Source of the DNA: Lama guanicoe
Lineage: Eukaryota
Assembly: GCA_013239625.1 (NCBI GenBank)
Contig: MU053379.1
Location: forward strand, 3,925,229-3,989,228
DNA: 64,000 nucleotides
Reading direction: 5' to 3'
A program made the translations under genes and the position numbers. Within the stretch, counting starts at the first letter, position 1. Each line of letters begins with the position of its first letter. This document shows, one piece after another, positions 1 through 11,559 of the stretch. The notes beneath the pieces are model-generated. The model saw only the letters and a program-made list of their open reading frames with translations, did no database searches and was not told the DNA's origin.

Positions 1-205
1 GATCCCGGCACCCGCATGGCCTGGCTCCGGGGAGGGGCCTGCTCCTGGTTCACAGCCAGCGCCTTCTCATCACATCCTCATGGAGTCCCTTTGATGAAGG
101 CACCAATCCCACTCCCAGAAGCCCGACCCTCACAGCTTAATCACCTCCCGAAGACCCCACCTCCAGTTACCATCACATCGGGCGTTGGGAATCCAACATG
201 TGAAA
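1..205 (-). mobile_element. MaLR LTR fragment (MLT1A/MST-like), truncated by window start
   Basis: 'taatcacctcccgaagaccccacctccagttaccatcacatcgggcgttgggaatccaacatgtgaa' is the reverse complement of the typical MLT1A/MST LTR 5' end (recalled consensus). Confidence 0.72.
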
Positions 206-418
206 CACCAGACCAGAGCAGTCAAGGAGATTCGTGAAGAGAAGGTGTAGCAGGAGGGTCTGTGGGCGCATGAAACAAAGTGATGTCTTCATTTTGCCCC
301 GTGTGCATCATTTCTGCACATTTATGGTGCTTAAGTCAGAGTGACGCCCATCAGATTCGTGCGTATTGCGTATTTCAACTACCTGACCTGTGAATCAGCA
401 TGTTTTTGCAAGAATTCT

Positions 419-599
419 TTTTTTTTTTTTGTAAATTGAAGTACAGTCAGTTACAATGTGTCAGTTTCTGGTGTACAGCACACTGTCCCTCTCATGCATA
501 TACATGCATATTCATTTTCATATTCCCTTTCCATTAAAGGTTTTTTACAAGATATAGACTATAGTTCCCTGCGCTATAGACAAGAAACTTGTTTTTTTA
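419..599 (-). mobile_element. 5'-truncated lineage-specific L1 3' end with target-site duplication
   Basis: Poly-T then 'ttgaagtacagtcagttacaatgtgtcagtttctggtgtacagca'; flanked by atgttt(t/c)tgcaagaattct at 400-418 and 600-618; paralogous to copies at 13.1, 24.7 and 3.6 kb. Confidence 0.87.
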
Positions 600-667
600 A
601 TGTTTCTGCAAGAATTCTGTGAGTGTTTATTGATTTTTTTTATTGTGGTGTCACAAGATTATAAGTA

Positions 668-1154
668 CACTTGGGCCCTGGCTGACGATGGTTCGATTTA
701 CAATAGTGACTCCAAGAGAGTGTGAGAGAGCTATGCATTCGGTAGAAGTCGTATATTGGATTTTGAGTTGTGATCTCTTCCCAGGCCGGTGGTACGGGGT
801 CCAGCCCTCGTGGGATGCTGGCTGGCGGCTATAGCTGCAGCTCGCAGGGAGCCCTGTGGTCACAGAGGAACACCACCAACACACGTGCAACCACCCCGTA
901 CCCAGACACCCACTCCGCTCTTCACCCCCACTGCTGTCGTCAATACATTACACAAGATATCCACCCCGATTACAAAACAGGCTTTGTGTGAACTGGTTGT
1001 GCCCCACTGCGGGCTAGCGTCAGGATGAAGGCAGGCCAGGCCACGCTCTGATGTTGGTAGGTCGGGTGTCTTACATACATTCTCAGCTGATGGAATTTTC
1101 AACTTATGATGGGTTTCTGGGGGTGAAACCCCATCATAGGTCAAGGAAAACCTG
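668..1154. mobile_element. Tigger5/MER47-like non-autonomous TcMar DNA transposon
   Basis: TA at 666-667 and 1155-1156; ends resemble MER47 termini ('...gacgatggttcgatttac' and 'ttttcaacttatgatgggttt...aaccccatcataggtcaaggaaaacctg'). Confidence 0.72.
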
Positions 1155-2044
1155 TACTAATATTTTCTTTTTAAAAATAGTAGCAAAATACAGACTCTAG
1201 ATCAGATTTTGGCAAATATATTTGTGCCAGTGAACTTCAAAGCTTAATAGATGACTTGGACGATGTATTCACTCAGCTGAATAGTTCTCTCCAAAATGAC
1301 ACACAGAAATTCCACGGATGTTGGCGGGAACGCCCAGAGAACCAGCAGCATGCGAAAGCCTTGCGCAAGGGAAGATGGCGACGCTGGACGTGCTCTACGG
1401 CGGGCTTTGCGCCGAGGGACTGTTTCGTTACCTGGCATTAAGCAGTTTTGCTCCATAACCTCAGTACTGTTCCCTGTTACCAAATACTTACTGTGTTTCC
1501 ACTTAAAGTAAACTTGACGCTAAAAGGAAATGGTAAGAAATTTGGTTCCTGTTAGTTTCCTTTTGTAAATAAGTATTTACCCAAAGCACAAAATTTCCCT
1601 TTGAGCTACGGAGGCTTCAAATAGGGGACATTCTCCAAGTGGCAGCATGTGTCTGCGGTCTGGTTGTTCACCGGAATGTCACTGAAAAACATGCACCATA
1701 ACGATAAATAAGCAAATAAGTGTATGAATAAAAAAAGTCACATGCAAATGAACACACGTGCGTGTGGCACACGTATACTTACCCTAGGTGTGGAGTGCCT
1801 CCCTTTTAAAAGATTCCACTTTCACTAAGACTGCCCACTTTTAGAACAACGAAAGCTGTAGGCATTTTCCGAGGTGTAACTTGATTGTGTGACATTCATG
1901 ATTTTCCCTGTGATCAATTGGATTTGGTTATGTATGTGAAACAGATGACGAAGACAGCAGTTGACACTATTACTCACATGTGTATTAAACTCATTAAACT
2001 AACATAATCACTAACCATTGTCGAGTAACTTGGTCCGTGTTAAA

Positions 2045-2300
2045 ATTTTTCATTCCCTTTAACTCAGCAGGTAAATGCTAGAGAATCATCCCACAGACGT
2101 TTGTGAAGCTCCGACAGCAGTGCTGTTTGTCTCAACTCTGATCGCAAAAGCAAAAACTGGAAACACAGACGAAACGGGGACTAGTGAGGGACTGCGCTGT
2201 AAGGGTGACGTTCGTACTACCGTAGAAAGCGAGAAGCGGGTCGTGTGTGCGTCCTCTGTGCAACTCAGTTACTTTCAGTTCCTAGAATAGATATACTCAC
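2045..2300 (+). mobile_element. Ancient L1 (L1ME/L1MD-like) 3' fragment
   Basis: 'actcagcag...ctagagaatcatcccacagac...gcaaaaactggaaacac' follows the old L1 ORF2-end/3'UTR pattern. Confidence 0.45.
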
Positions 2301-2329
2301 TGCCCATCTAGTTCCTAAATGTAAAGAGT

Positions 2330-2650
2330 TATGCGTGGTATGTCTGGACCCATATATGTACGTACACACAGGTGTACACATGTAGGTATAAGATGTATGC
2401 ACGTACATGTGTTTTGCACAAATATGTTTTATGCATGTGCGTTTTATACATATATAATTTAAAATGCCATGCATCATTGTTCCCTGAGAAATAATAATTT
2501 ACAATTATATATAATATCTATTATATAATTATAATTATTATATATGACTAATGTAATTATATCATTATATATTAATATATGACATAACTATATATCAATA
2601 CAATGTAATTATATTATAATAATATGCTATTAATATAATAAAGGGAATAA
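2330..2650. repeat. Low-complexity (TG/TA)n-like and AT-rich tract
   Basis: Alternating purine-pyrimidine run at about 2330-2460, then nearly pure A/T degenerate (TA/TAA)n at 2492-2641. Confidence 0.85.
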
Positions 2651-3579
2651 ATATTCCCTGAGAAAAAAATGCAAATGTTGCAAATGCCATGAAAATTCAT
2701 GAATGCTTCTGGAAACACAAACTGGAAGACAGAGAAAAGGAAGAAAAACGGGTGTTCGCAGCACTGGGAAATAGCTTTGCTGTCAAGAAGCTGTCATCGT
2801 CATGATTTCTAAGAGGAAACGAACTTGCGCCGCTCTCTCCGTCCCCCCACCCCTCCCCGCTCTTTCCCTCCCGATGAAGACGGGGCATTGAAAGAATACA
2901 CTGTATTAGCTGTATTCTGGTCAGATCTGTCCCCAGTGAAGTCGGTTCTCCAGCAGGTCCCTGAGCGTCCGGGGGGCCCCTCTGGCCTCTCCGGGGGAAG
3001 AGCCTGCCGTGCCTGGGCGCCCTTGAGCCGGGCGTGGAGCAGGCGGTCTCCTCTGCCCAGCGACACCGTCACCATACAGGCCGGCCTGAGGGGCGAAGGG
3101 CAGCCAGTGGCTCTCGGCTCACGCCTCCCAAGTGGAGCCCGTGTCACACAAGCACAGCTGGAGGGCAGCAGTGCTCAGGACCCCGCGCTTTTGGCCTCCA
3201 GAGGCTTGGGTAGGCTCTCCACCAGAGGAGTGGGAGACGAGTGGCAGAAGCGAACCCCAGGAGTCTTGGCCGTCCCCCCAGAACAGAGGGGCCGAGAAGC
3301 CCAGGTGCCCATGGGGGTGAAGCCGTGCCCTCTGGCTGGGAGCCGGGGGAGGGAAGCGGGGTCCCATCCTCTTGGTCACAGCCACGCGGAGGAGAGCTTC
3401 AGTAACATGGAACGGGGTGAGGAGGCAGTTTTGAGTCAGACGCCACAGACACCCTTTGCTCCAGAGAGCAATACATTTTATCTAAAACCACAGCTGTGAG
3501 ACTCAAGCATTGACTTGGCAAAGAAACATGCTTCTTCGAAACTAGATGTTTGTGACTGAGACTGTGAGCTCACGGTGAC

Positions 3580-3830
3580 AGAAGGAGGGGCTGGAGACCT
3601 GCAGACGCTAACTGCTGCACATAAAGCAGGTAAACAGCAAGTTTAAACTGCACAGCACAGGGAGCTGTATTCAATATCCCGGAGTGACCTGCAATGGAAA
3701 AGCGTACGGCAAGGAACACACGCGTGTTCATGTGTGGCTGAGACACGAGGCTGTGCTCCAGAACTGACACAGCATTGGAAACTGACTCCACTTCAATAAA
3801 AAAACTTCCAATTGAAATTTTTTTTAAAAA
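3580..3830 (+). mobile_element. Lineage-specific L1 3' end, strongly GC-shifted
   Basis: Aligns to the reverse complement of 13091-13281; ends in aataaa plus A-rich tail. Confidence 0.85.
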
Positions 3831-5059
3831 GTGGGAATTGGTGTGAAGTGTCTGACTAAAGTTGTATGAGACCACGAATTACTGCGATGAGACGAGTGAC
3901 TAGGGCTCCGTCAGACACGCCGCGCGGCCCGGTGCTCTGCGCCACTGCGCGAGTGTCGCTCTCTGAGGAAGGCAGCCGTTCGAGCCTGCGCACGCTGGGC
4001 ACGAGTTTCCCCTGTCCCACTGTGCACAGGGCTCTCCCTCTCCTTTCTGCCCGAGTCCTCCCTGATACTTTGGAGTTCTTGAGCTTTCCCCAAAGTGGGG
4101 GTGCCCTTTGTCCTTTGCCCTCTGGGAGGGTGGGGCAGGTCGTGCTGAGGAGCAGGCTCCACCGGTGCCTATAAACGCCTGGCTCTCTGGCTCTGTTACT
4201 GACGCTGAGGGCAGAGGACTTCGGACGGAGCTCCAGGCCTTGCCCGCGTGACGCTCCAGCTGCTGTGCGGGGAAGTGTGTTTGCAGGGAGCTGCAAGGAA
4301 GCCCGCGGAGGCCGGGCCGTGCTGGGGAAGGGTCCTCGCCGGGGACCAGCTCTCCACGTGGGGGCGCCCTGCCGGCGCTGGCCCCTGGTCTTGGGGCAGC
4401 ATGGCTGGTTAAAGATCTTGTTTTCCTTCGGGAAGCCAGCTTTCAGGGTCCTTTCTGAGAGGCCTTTATCTCTCGTCCTGGGGTTGTTTCCACATGAAAC
4501 AGGGCAGCAAGTCCTCTTTGCCTTTGCCTGCAGCTGACCTGGCGGCGACGTCTTCAGCGCATGTGGCGACACCGGCCGCCCCCTCTGCTGGCCCCGGACC
4601 ACAAACTCCGATGTTTCTTCACTCGTCAGCGTCTGCACGAGGCCGAGGCCGGGAAATGAGCCTTACGGGCCCCAGGGGGTCACATGCTTCCCCATCCTCT
4701 AAATTTTCCCCTAACTCTGGCTTTAGTTCTCAACAAAGCTCAGCTGGTAGCCAAGAAAAATACTTTTAAGAACGCCCCTTCAAACCTGGAAGGGACGAGA
4801 ACCATAAATTTGAAAATGATTACAGCGAAGCAGGAAGTCTGATCTTCTGCCCCTGTCTCCGCGTGTCACCTGAGCGGGGCCCCTGATGCCCTCCTCCACC
4901 CCCAGGAGCTCGTTCCTGGGCGCGGGGCACACTGTGTGTTTCAGAGGAGGGGGCTGTCCTGGCTCGGACCTGGGGCCTCTCACTGAACCCAAGAGGAAAA
5001 TCTGTGCATGAGTCTTGTTCCCCCAAGGAGAGAAAACGAGAAGGCACTTCCTACCCATT

Positions 5060-5860
5060 AAAGTATCCAGGACGCTGCTGCGGGTCGCTGAGCCGGTCCA
5101 GGTGCAGAGCACGTGAAGGCCAAGGAAGGAAGCCCAGAAACCTCGCAGGCCGCCAGGAGAACGGGGTGGCCCTTCACCTCGGCATCTCCTGTTGGTCCCG
5201 GGAGCAGGCAACCCATGTGCTTGTCAGGGTGCAGGGCTGAGCTCGGGCCGGGAGCCTGGCCCCTCTGCTTCCTGTCCACACGAGGAACATTCTGGAGAAG
5301 GTACGGTGAGCGCCTCCTCCAGAAAGGACGGCGTCACCGCGGGGGAAGCCGCCCGCCGTCCTGGGACACGGCCACTTCTCAGGGGCCGCCGCGAAGACCG
5401 CCAGGAGGGGCGACAACGCCAAGGAAGCCAGGGATCAGGGCGGACGGGGGTGCGCCGCTTCGCCCACTTCCGCCGTAAGCGCGAGCGCGCAGACAGTGAC
5501 GGTCGCCGCTTGCCCCGTCCGCGCAGCGCGGCTCGGGCGCGGACACCCGGCGCGCGGGACGCGTGGTGGCGGCGCTCGCGCTCAGGGTGCGGCCCCACTG
5601 CCTGTCCCACGACCGCGCAGCAAGAGGAAAAGAACCGGCACACGCCGGGGGCGAGTCGGGAAAGGGTGCGAGCGTGTGAGCGGCCGTGAGACCTGCCTCC
5701 CAAAGGTCTGGCGGGGAGGATGGGGACGCGTGTGCCTGTTGTCGTCACAGGTGCTTCGCAGAAAGCACAATACGAGGGAGCGCGGACTCAGATAACACCC
5801 CGATCTCACACACGCTGCCTTAAGACCTAGAGGTCATCGCGCCGAGTGACGTAGGTCGGG
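5060..5860. promoter_or_regulatory. CpG-island-like block
   Basis: Very high GC and dense CpG (e.g. 'gcgcagcgcggctcgggcgcggacacccggcgcgcgggacgcg'); no linked gene recognised. Confidence 0.65.
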
Positions 5861-6447
5861 CAGAGAGAGACAAGTGTCACGTGATGTCACAGTTTATTTT
5901 CTATGTCTGTGAGTCTATTTCTGGTTTGTAAAACAATCTGAAACTTACTTTGTAAATCAACTTCAATAAAAAGTCAAATTTAAAAAAATCATATGGCATC
6001 ACTTATTTGTGGAATCTAAAAACATGACACAAATGAGCTTATTTACAAAACAGAAACAGACTCACAGACACAGAAAACGAACTTATGGTCACCAAAGGGG
6101 AAACGGGGCGGGGGGGGTGGGGGGATGCATTTGGAACCTGGGGTTAACAGACACACACTCCTGTGTATAAAACAGGTGAGCGGCGCAGGGAGCCAGCTGT
6201 GTCCAGTATCTTGTAAAACCTCTAATGAAAAAGAACCTGGAAAAGAAATACACCCACATAAATAAATACTGTATTATATGTAAGTACACACCATGTGTTA
6301 TATTTTAATGTATATTATAGATGTGTGTCTACATATAATACAACATACTAATAATATATAAGACGGAATCACTGTGCTGTACACCCGAAACTAACACAAC
6401 ATTGTAAATCAACTAAACGGCAGTAAAAAATAATTAGTTAAAAAAGA
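5824..6447 (+). mobile_element. L1 3' end (ORF2 tail and 3'UTR) interrupted by a nested insertion
   Basis: 'gacctagag...', 'tggaatctaaaaacatgacacaaatgagcttatttacaaaacagaaacagactcacagac', and 'ctgtacacccgaaactaacacaacattgtaaatcaact' plus A-rich tail. Confidence 0.85.
5891..5988. mobile_element. Tiny nested L1 insertion with inverted 5' segment
   Basis: 5891-5932 is the reverse complement of 6042-6083; followed by L1 terminus 'tgtaaatcaacttcaataaaa' plus A tail; flanked by a degenerate 14-bp duplication (5877-5890, 5989-6002). Confidence 0.65.
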
Positions 6448-6731
6448 CATACTAGGTCATGTAGATCGAGTTCACTCCCAAGAAAGAACCCCTTTAACAG
6501 CATGATTTTGCTGAATCTGCTGAAGGTGGGCTGTGAACGGGACCTTCATCTTCACTGATCATTTGACAAGGTGGCTTGGATTCTTTTCTCCTTTCTGGGA
6601 AAGTAGACCTTGTACCTTCTCAGAAGGAGTTCCTTTTCTTTCCTTTTTAATTTTTTTTTGATGAGGAGAGCAGTGTCTGCACTAGTGGGTCAGCTCTGCT
6701 GCAGAGATGTTCTTAGGAAGAGGTGGCAGGA

Positions 6732-6863
6732 CCCTCCGACCACAGGAGGCCCTGTTCCTGCAGCATCTTGCAGCCCTCCGACCATGGGAGGCACCCCCGT
6801 TCCTGTAGCATCTTGAAGCCCTCCGACCACAGAAGGCACCCCTGCTCCTGCAGCAGCCTGAAT
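6732..6863. repeat. Three-copy 42-45 bp tandem repeat (minisatellite)
   Basis: Units start 'ccctccgacca' at 6732, 6774 and 6819, each continuing '...gg(cac)ccc(t/c)g(t/c)tcctg(c/t)agca...'. Confidence 0.9.
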
Positions 6864-7750
6864 CCCCACCTTCCTAATTATTGCTTCTCATCAGAAGGAA
6901 CCATGTCCTTGGATCCCTGCCTTAATTGAGTTGATGCTTACGAGGCATTGGACCAGGTTCAAAGACTGGAAGATTAGATACTTGTTTGTGCTTGGTTTTT
7001 CAGCTGGAGCATTCTGGATTTTCTCTGTTCAGCATTCAGTACACGTTGAGTGGGTTTGGGGGAAAAGTCTGCATTGTATTTGTGTAAAATTACAAAGTAT
7101 CAATGGCCTAGATCTGCTGCCATGCTTGTATGCTTTCCCTAATTTTCTTTTTATTACCCGCTGCATAATTGGAAGGCAGTGCAGCCTCCCAATTACAAGG
7201 GCCACTGACGAACACAAACAGCCCCTAGCACACGCGGGCGTGCGTCTTCCGTGGCTCCGCCTCCACGCTGTTCCTCAGACATGTGCCCAAACTTACGTCC
7301 AACCACAGGTCCTGGGGAAGGATGTCTGAGCCCACCGGCTGATTTGCAGAAGTGAGCCCATGTGGCCAAAATGAGAAAACAGAAAGTATTCAATGGTTGA
7401 ATCTATTGGCCACATCGTTAAGGTCAAAAACCTAACCACCTAGGGCCAGATTCAATAAAAATCTGTCTGACTTTTATGCCAAGCCATGCAGGCCTGGAAA
7501 AATCAGTTTTCTGGAACTTGTAAAGCCCTCCCGAGGCAAGGCAAAGTCAGCATGCCTCCCCGTTCTTGCTCCAGGAGCTGGGGTGGGGGGCGGGGGACGC
7601 TGCCAAGACCCAGGGCAGCCACAGGGCTCGGGGTTCTTGGAGGCAGTATTGGGGGTCTCGGAGGAACACTCAGAAGAAAAAGGAGGGAAGCAAGTGCCTG
7701 TTGCCTCTTGTCAAAGTGTACGTCTCCGCGCCTGGCCCCAGCAGGTGCCG

Positions 7751-8670
7751 TTCATTCATTCACTCATCCATTTGCTTGTCCACGTAATCGTCAAACACCT
7801 GGGGGCTCCCACCCTGGCCAAGTGCTGTGCTGTGGGCTGGGAATACCGAGGTGAGAGCACACGGCCTCTGTCCTCCGTGGGACCACAGTCACAACGTAGA
7901 ATCACGAAGACTGTTTATAAAGGATGGAGTGGGAGGCATCTCGTACGTCTGGGAGAGCAAGAGTCTGTCTGGGGTGCGTCTCCAAGGTGGAGACAGGTGA
8001 GAACAGCCTTGAGGCTTGGCTGCAGAACCCTGGCCAGGGGGAGGTCGAGCATATCTGACCCAGAGCGTCAGGGGCAATGGTGTGAGTCTGTGTGTGTGTG
8101 TGTGGAGTGTGTGAGCGAGAGAAGGGGAAAAGGAGAGAAAGACAGGAAGGCTGCCAACACTTTTATGCAGAATAGGTACAAGTTATCATTATCTTTGAGA
8201 AAGAGCCTGGACATATCTGGAAAATGACCTGGAGCAAAGTTGCCGCCAGAGACGGGAGAGAGCTGAACCGGGGCAGATGTGTTAGTAGTGTCATGGTGAT
8301 GGACCCACGGGGCTTGGGCTGAGCGGTTGGGTGGGGAGGTGTGGGCATCGGGACTGTGTCCCACTCCTGCTGATCAGACGAGGGGCGGGGCCACACACCT
8401 GGCTGGGGAATTTGGAGGGAAGGGCAGGTGCGAAGGCAACAGAAGAAGTGGGATATGGGCTTGCGTGCCAGAAGCGTTGGTGGGCAGCTTGGAGGGTAAT
8501 TCTGGGTCAAGGATGAAGTGAATGGCATCGTTTTTGGAGTGATGATTGTAATTTGAGGTGTGAATGAGGGAAAGAGACCAAAGAGAAGAAAGCTGAGCAA
8601 GAAGAGGTTAGTCTGAGAACAAAGTCCTGGAGAGCGCCTGGGTCAGGCTGAGGTGGTGGAGAGACTTGGG
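7751..8670 (-). mobile_element. L2 LINE fossil (fragmented)
   Basis: Starts with (ttca)n tail 'ttcattcattcactcatcc', then 'ccaagtgctgtgctgtgggctgggaatac' and a purine-rich L2-like body. Confidence 0.55.
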
Positions 8671-9329
8671 GTGTCACTGGTCAGCGGTGTAGAGGGAGGA
8701 AGTCAGCAGAGAATAAGGTCTCTGAATGCAAGCAAAGAGAAAGTTCCAGGAAGGCTGGGGCCAGTTTTACATTCTGCAAATCAGTCCAGCAAGAAAAGGC
8801 GTGGGCAGCTGTCTGCAGCCAGACCGGGTTTGAGGCCCCATGACAAGCATCCCCACTGACACATCGATCTTACAGAGGCTGCATTCTGCACCCTAAGCAC
8901 GAAGGAGAAATGGTCAGAAAAGGGGGCAGGAGAGAGCGAGCTGGTGCCCACTGAGTGTGGCTTCTTGAATCTTCAGTTACTCATGGGAGACGGTCTCGTG
9001 CAGGTTGTCCCTGCCAGTCAAGGGGAGACCTGAGTTTGGGGTAACCAGTCTTGGGCATCTCTAGAATCAGCGCTCTGTAACCCCAGGGCGATTACGTTGC
9101 ACGACACAGCAACGGCCTCTTCATGAACCAGGTGCAAAGTACTGTTTCTCGCTGCGCCGCCTGCCATCTGACATAAAACGGCTTGGAAAGACCGTGCAGA
9201 GTGGATTGGGATCTGCTGTCCCAGGGGACATTCCTTTTTCTCATTTTGCCACATTGGACCAGAAGATGGGGTGTGACGCTATGACGTGACCACCCAGGTA
9301 GGTGCTCTGTGGTCTTTACTGGGATGCGC

Positions 9330-9760
9330 TCAGCTCCGCTGGTGCTGGTGCTGGCAGGACCTCGTCCACACCCCTTGATGCTTGCTCTCTCTGGACCTTT
9401 GTTGGTTTCTCAGCCCGAGCACCTGGGACTCTGCCTGAGAGCTTCTCCCACCCCGCGGCCTCTTAGCCCGTGCCGCGGGCAGGCCAGAGACGCCCCTCCC
9501 GGGGCCTCCCTCAGATGGCAGCTACCGGGGACGCTGGGCATGACCCCCGCCCCACCTCTGAGGTCCCCCAGAGCCCCTCCGCAGGCTCCAGCTCCAGGTG
9601 CCCGGCAGAGGCGTGCTTGGTCCACACCCTCGTCTTATTGGCTGCCTTCCCTTCCCTGTCTCATTTCCCTTCTCCCTTAGGTGGTTTCCGGGATCACTCC
9701 TAAGTTAACTCCTGGTGTCTTATTCTGAGTGCCCATTAGTGGGTAAATCCAACCTAACCA
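9330..9760 (+). mobile_element. ERVL LTR16-like solo LTR
   Basis: 'ttattggctgccttcccttccctgtctcatttcccttctccc...tttccgggatcac' matches the recalled LTR16/LTR33 3' half. Confidence 0.55.
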
Positions 9761-10367
9761 CCGACCAAGTTCAAACTCAAAAACTCAGAAACCTGAGCTG
9801 GTAAAATTTAGGACCAAAGAAGGGGGCTGGGACCACACCAGGCATAGTAGGAATGAATTTCTCAGGCCCCAAACCCAGGTCTTTATTTTTCTACTTCTAA
9901 GCGTATCTTCTCCTGGTGCCTCTTTCCATCAAGAACAAGAGAGTCATCGCAGCCAATCCTGGGTAATCTCAGTGATTCAGCCTCTCGCCCCTCTGGTCTC
10001 TGCGGCTGGTTTACAGTCCAGGAAGCTTACACGGCACCAGTCACCAGGAGTCGGAGGTGAGGCCCCGGCCTGGCAGGCACCGGTCTGGTGCGCTTGCCGG
10101 GCAGCTGCGGGCCCGCTCGCGCCATCAGTGGTCAGCGTCCAGCAGCGCGCCCGTGGCCCCGTCTGGACTTCCGGCCTCCTGTCGCCCAGGCCGACTCTGC
10201 CCTAGACTTCTTGCCTTCAGAGCCCCTTCACGCTCACCTCCAGCTGTGAGCTTCTGCGTGTCCTCGGCCACGTGGAGGAACACCTGGTCACTTCAGGACC
10301 GCTGGGGTGCTTGGAAGCTCTGTGAGGGCTCCCACTAGTCCATCTGTCTAAATACAATGTGAAGACA

Positions 10368-11432
10368 TCTTTTTCTTTTTTTAAATTGAGGTATAGTGGA
10401 TTTACCATACTAGTTTCAGGTGTACAGCATGATTCAAACTTCTAAAGATTATATTGCGTTAATAGTTATTGTAAAATATTGCTTATCTTTCCCATGAGGT
10501 ACAACAAACCCTTGTAGTTTATTTTATACCTGATAGTTTGCACCTCTTAACCCCTCCCCCCCATTGTCCCCCTTCCCTCATCGTCCCCCTCCCCCTCCCC
10601 TCTCCCCGCTGGTAACCACTATTTTGTTCTCTGTGTCTGTGAGACTGTTTCTTTTTTGTTATATTCACCAGTTGGTTTCATTTGTTTAAGGTCCACCTAT
10701 AAATGATAGCGCACAGTGTCTGTCTTTCTCCGCCTCACTTATTCCACTAAACATAATCCCCTCCAAGTCCATCCGTGCTGGTGCAGGGGGTAGAATTCCA
10801 TTCTTTCTGTGGCTGAGTGGTGTTCCATGGTGTGCATGTACCACCGTTTCTTTACCCATTTCTTTGTTGCTGGACACTTAGGCTGCTTCCATGTCTTGGC
10901 TGCTGTAAATAGTGCTGCTGTGAACATTGGGGTGCATGTGTCTTTCTGAATTAGTGTTTCTGTTCTTTCCTAGATCTACCCAGAGTGGATCACTGGATCA
11001 TATGGTAGTTTTAGTTTTAGTTTTCTGAGGGACCTCCATACTGTTTCCCACAGTGGCTGCACCAATTTGCATTCTCACCAGCAGTGTGCCAGGCCTCCCT
11101 TTTCTGCACATCCTCCCTGACAGTTGTTATCTGTGGTCTTTGTGATGATGGCCATGCTGATGGGCGTGAGGCGGTGCCTCGGTTGTGGTTTTGATGTGCG
11201 ATTCCCTGATGAGTGATGGTGAGCACATTCCATGTGCCTGTCAGCCATCCGTATGTCTTCTTTGGGAAATTGTCTGTTCAAGTCTTCTGCCCATTTTTTA
11301 ATTGGGTTGTTTGTTTTTGATATTGAGTCCTATGAGCTATTTACGTATTTTGGATATTAACCTCTAATCGGATACGTCATTTGCAAACATCTTCTCCCAT
11401 CCAGTGGGCTGTCTTTTCATTTTGTTGATGTT
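10368..11432 (-). mobile_element. L1 (L1MA-like) 3' approx. 1.06 kb: ORF2 C-terminus and 3'UTR, decayed
   Basis: ORF track gives L1 ORF2-like peptides [17 protein letters not shown] and MFTAALFTAAKTWKQPKCP; poly-T at left end. Confidence 0.93.
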
Positions 11433-11559
11433 TCTGCCATGGCAGCCATTGTTAATTCTGCTAATTTCACATCACATCAAAGGAGTAGGGAGACCTCGGC
11501 TCTCACCGCCTTCTCAGGCCCCACCTGGGAAGAAAGCCCAGACAAGGCAACTCTGTTCT

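Noticed and set aside
2825..5809. Cluster of long ORFs (224, 260, 165, 174 aa)
   Set aside because: Stop-codon depletion from high GC; ORFs occur on both strands with no homology or coherent exon structure
6732..6863. CRISPR-like array
   Set aside because: Head-to-tail tandem units with no unique spacers, in mammalian DNA with no cas genes
10686..11281. ORFs with real protein similarity
   Set aside because: They are frameshifted L1 ORF2 C-terminal remnants, not a host gene or an active element
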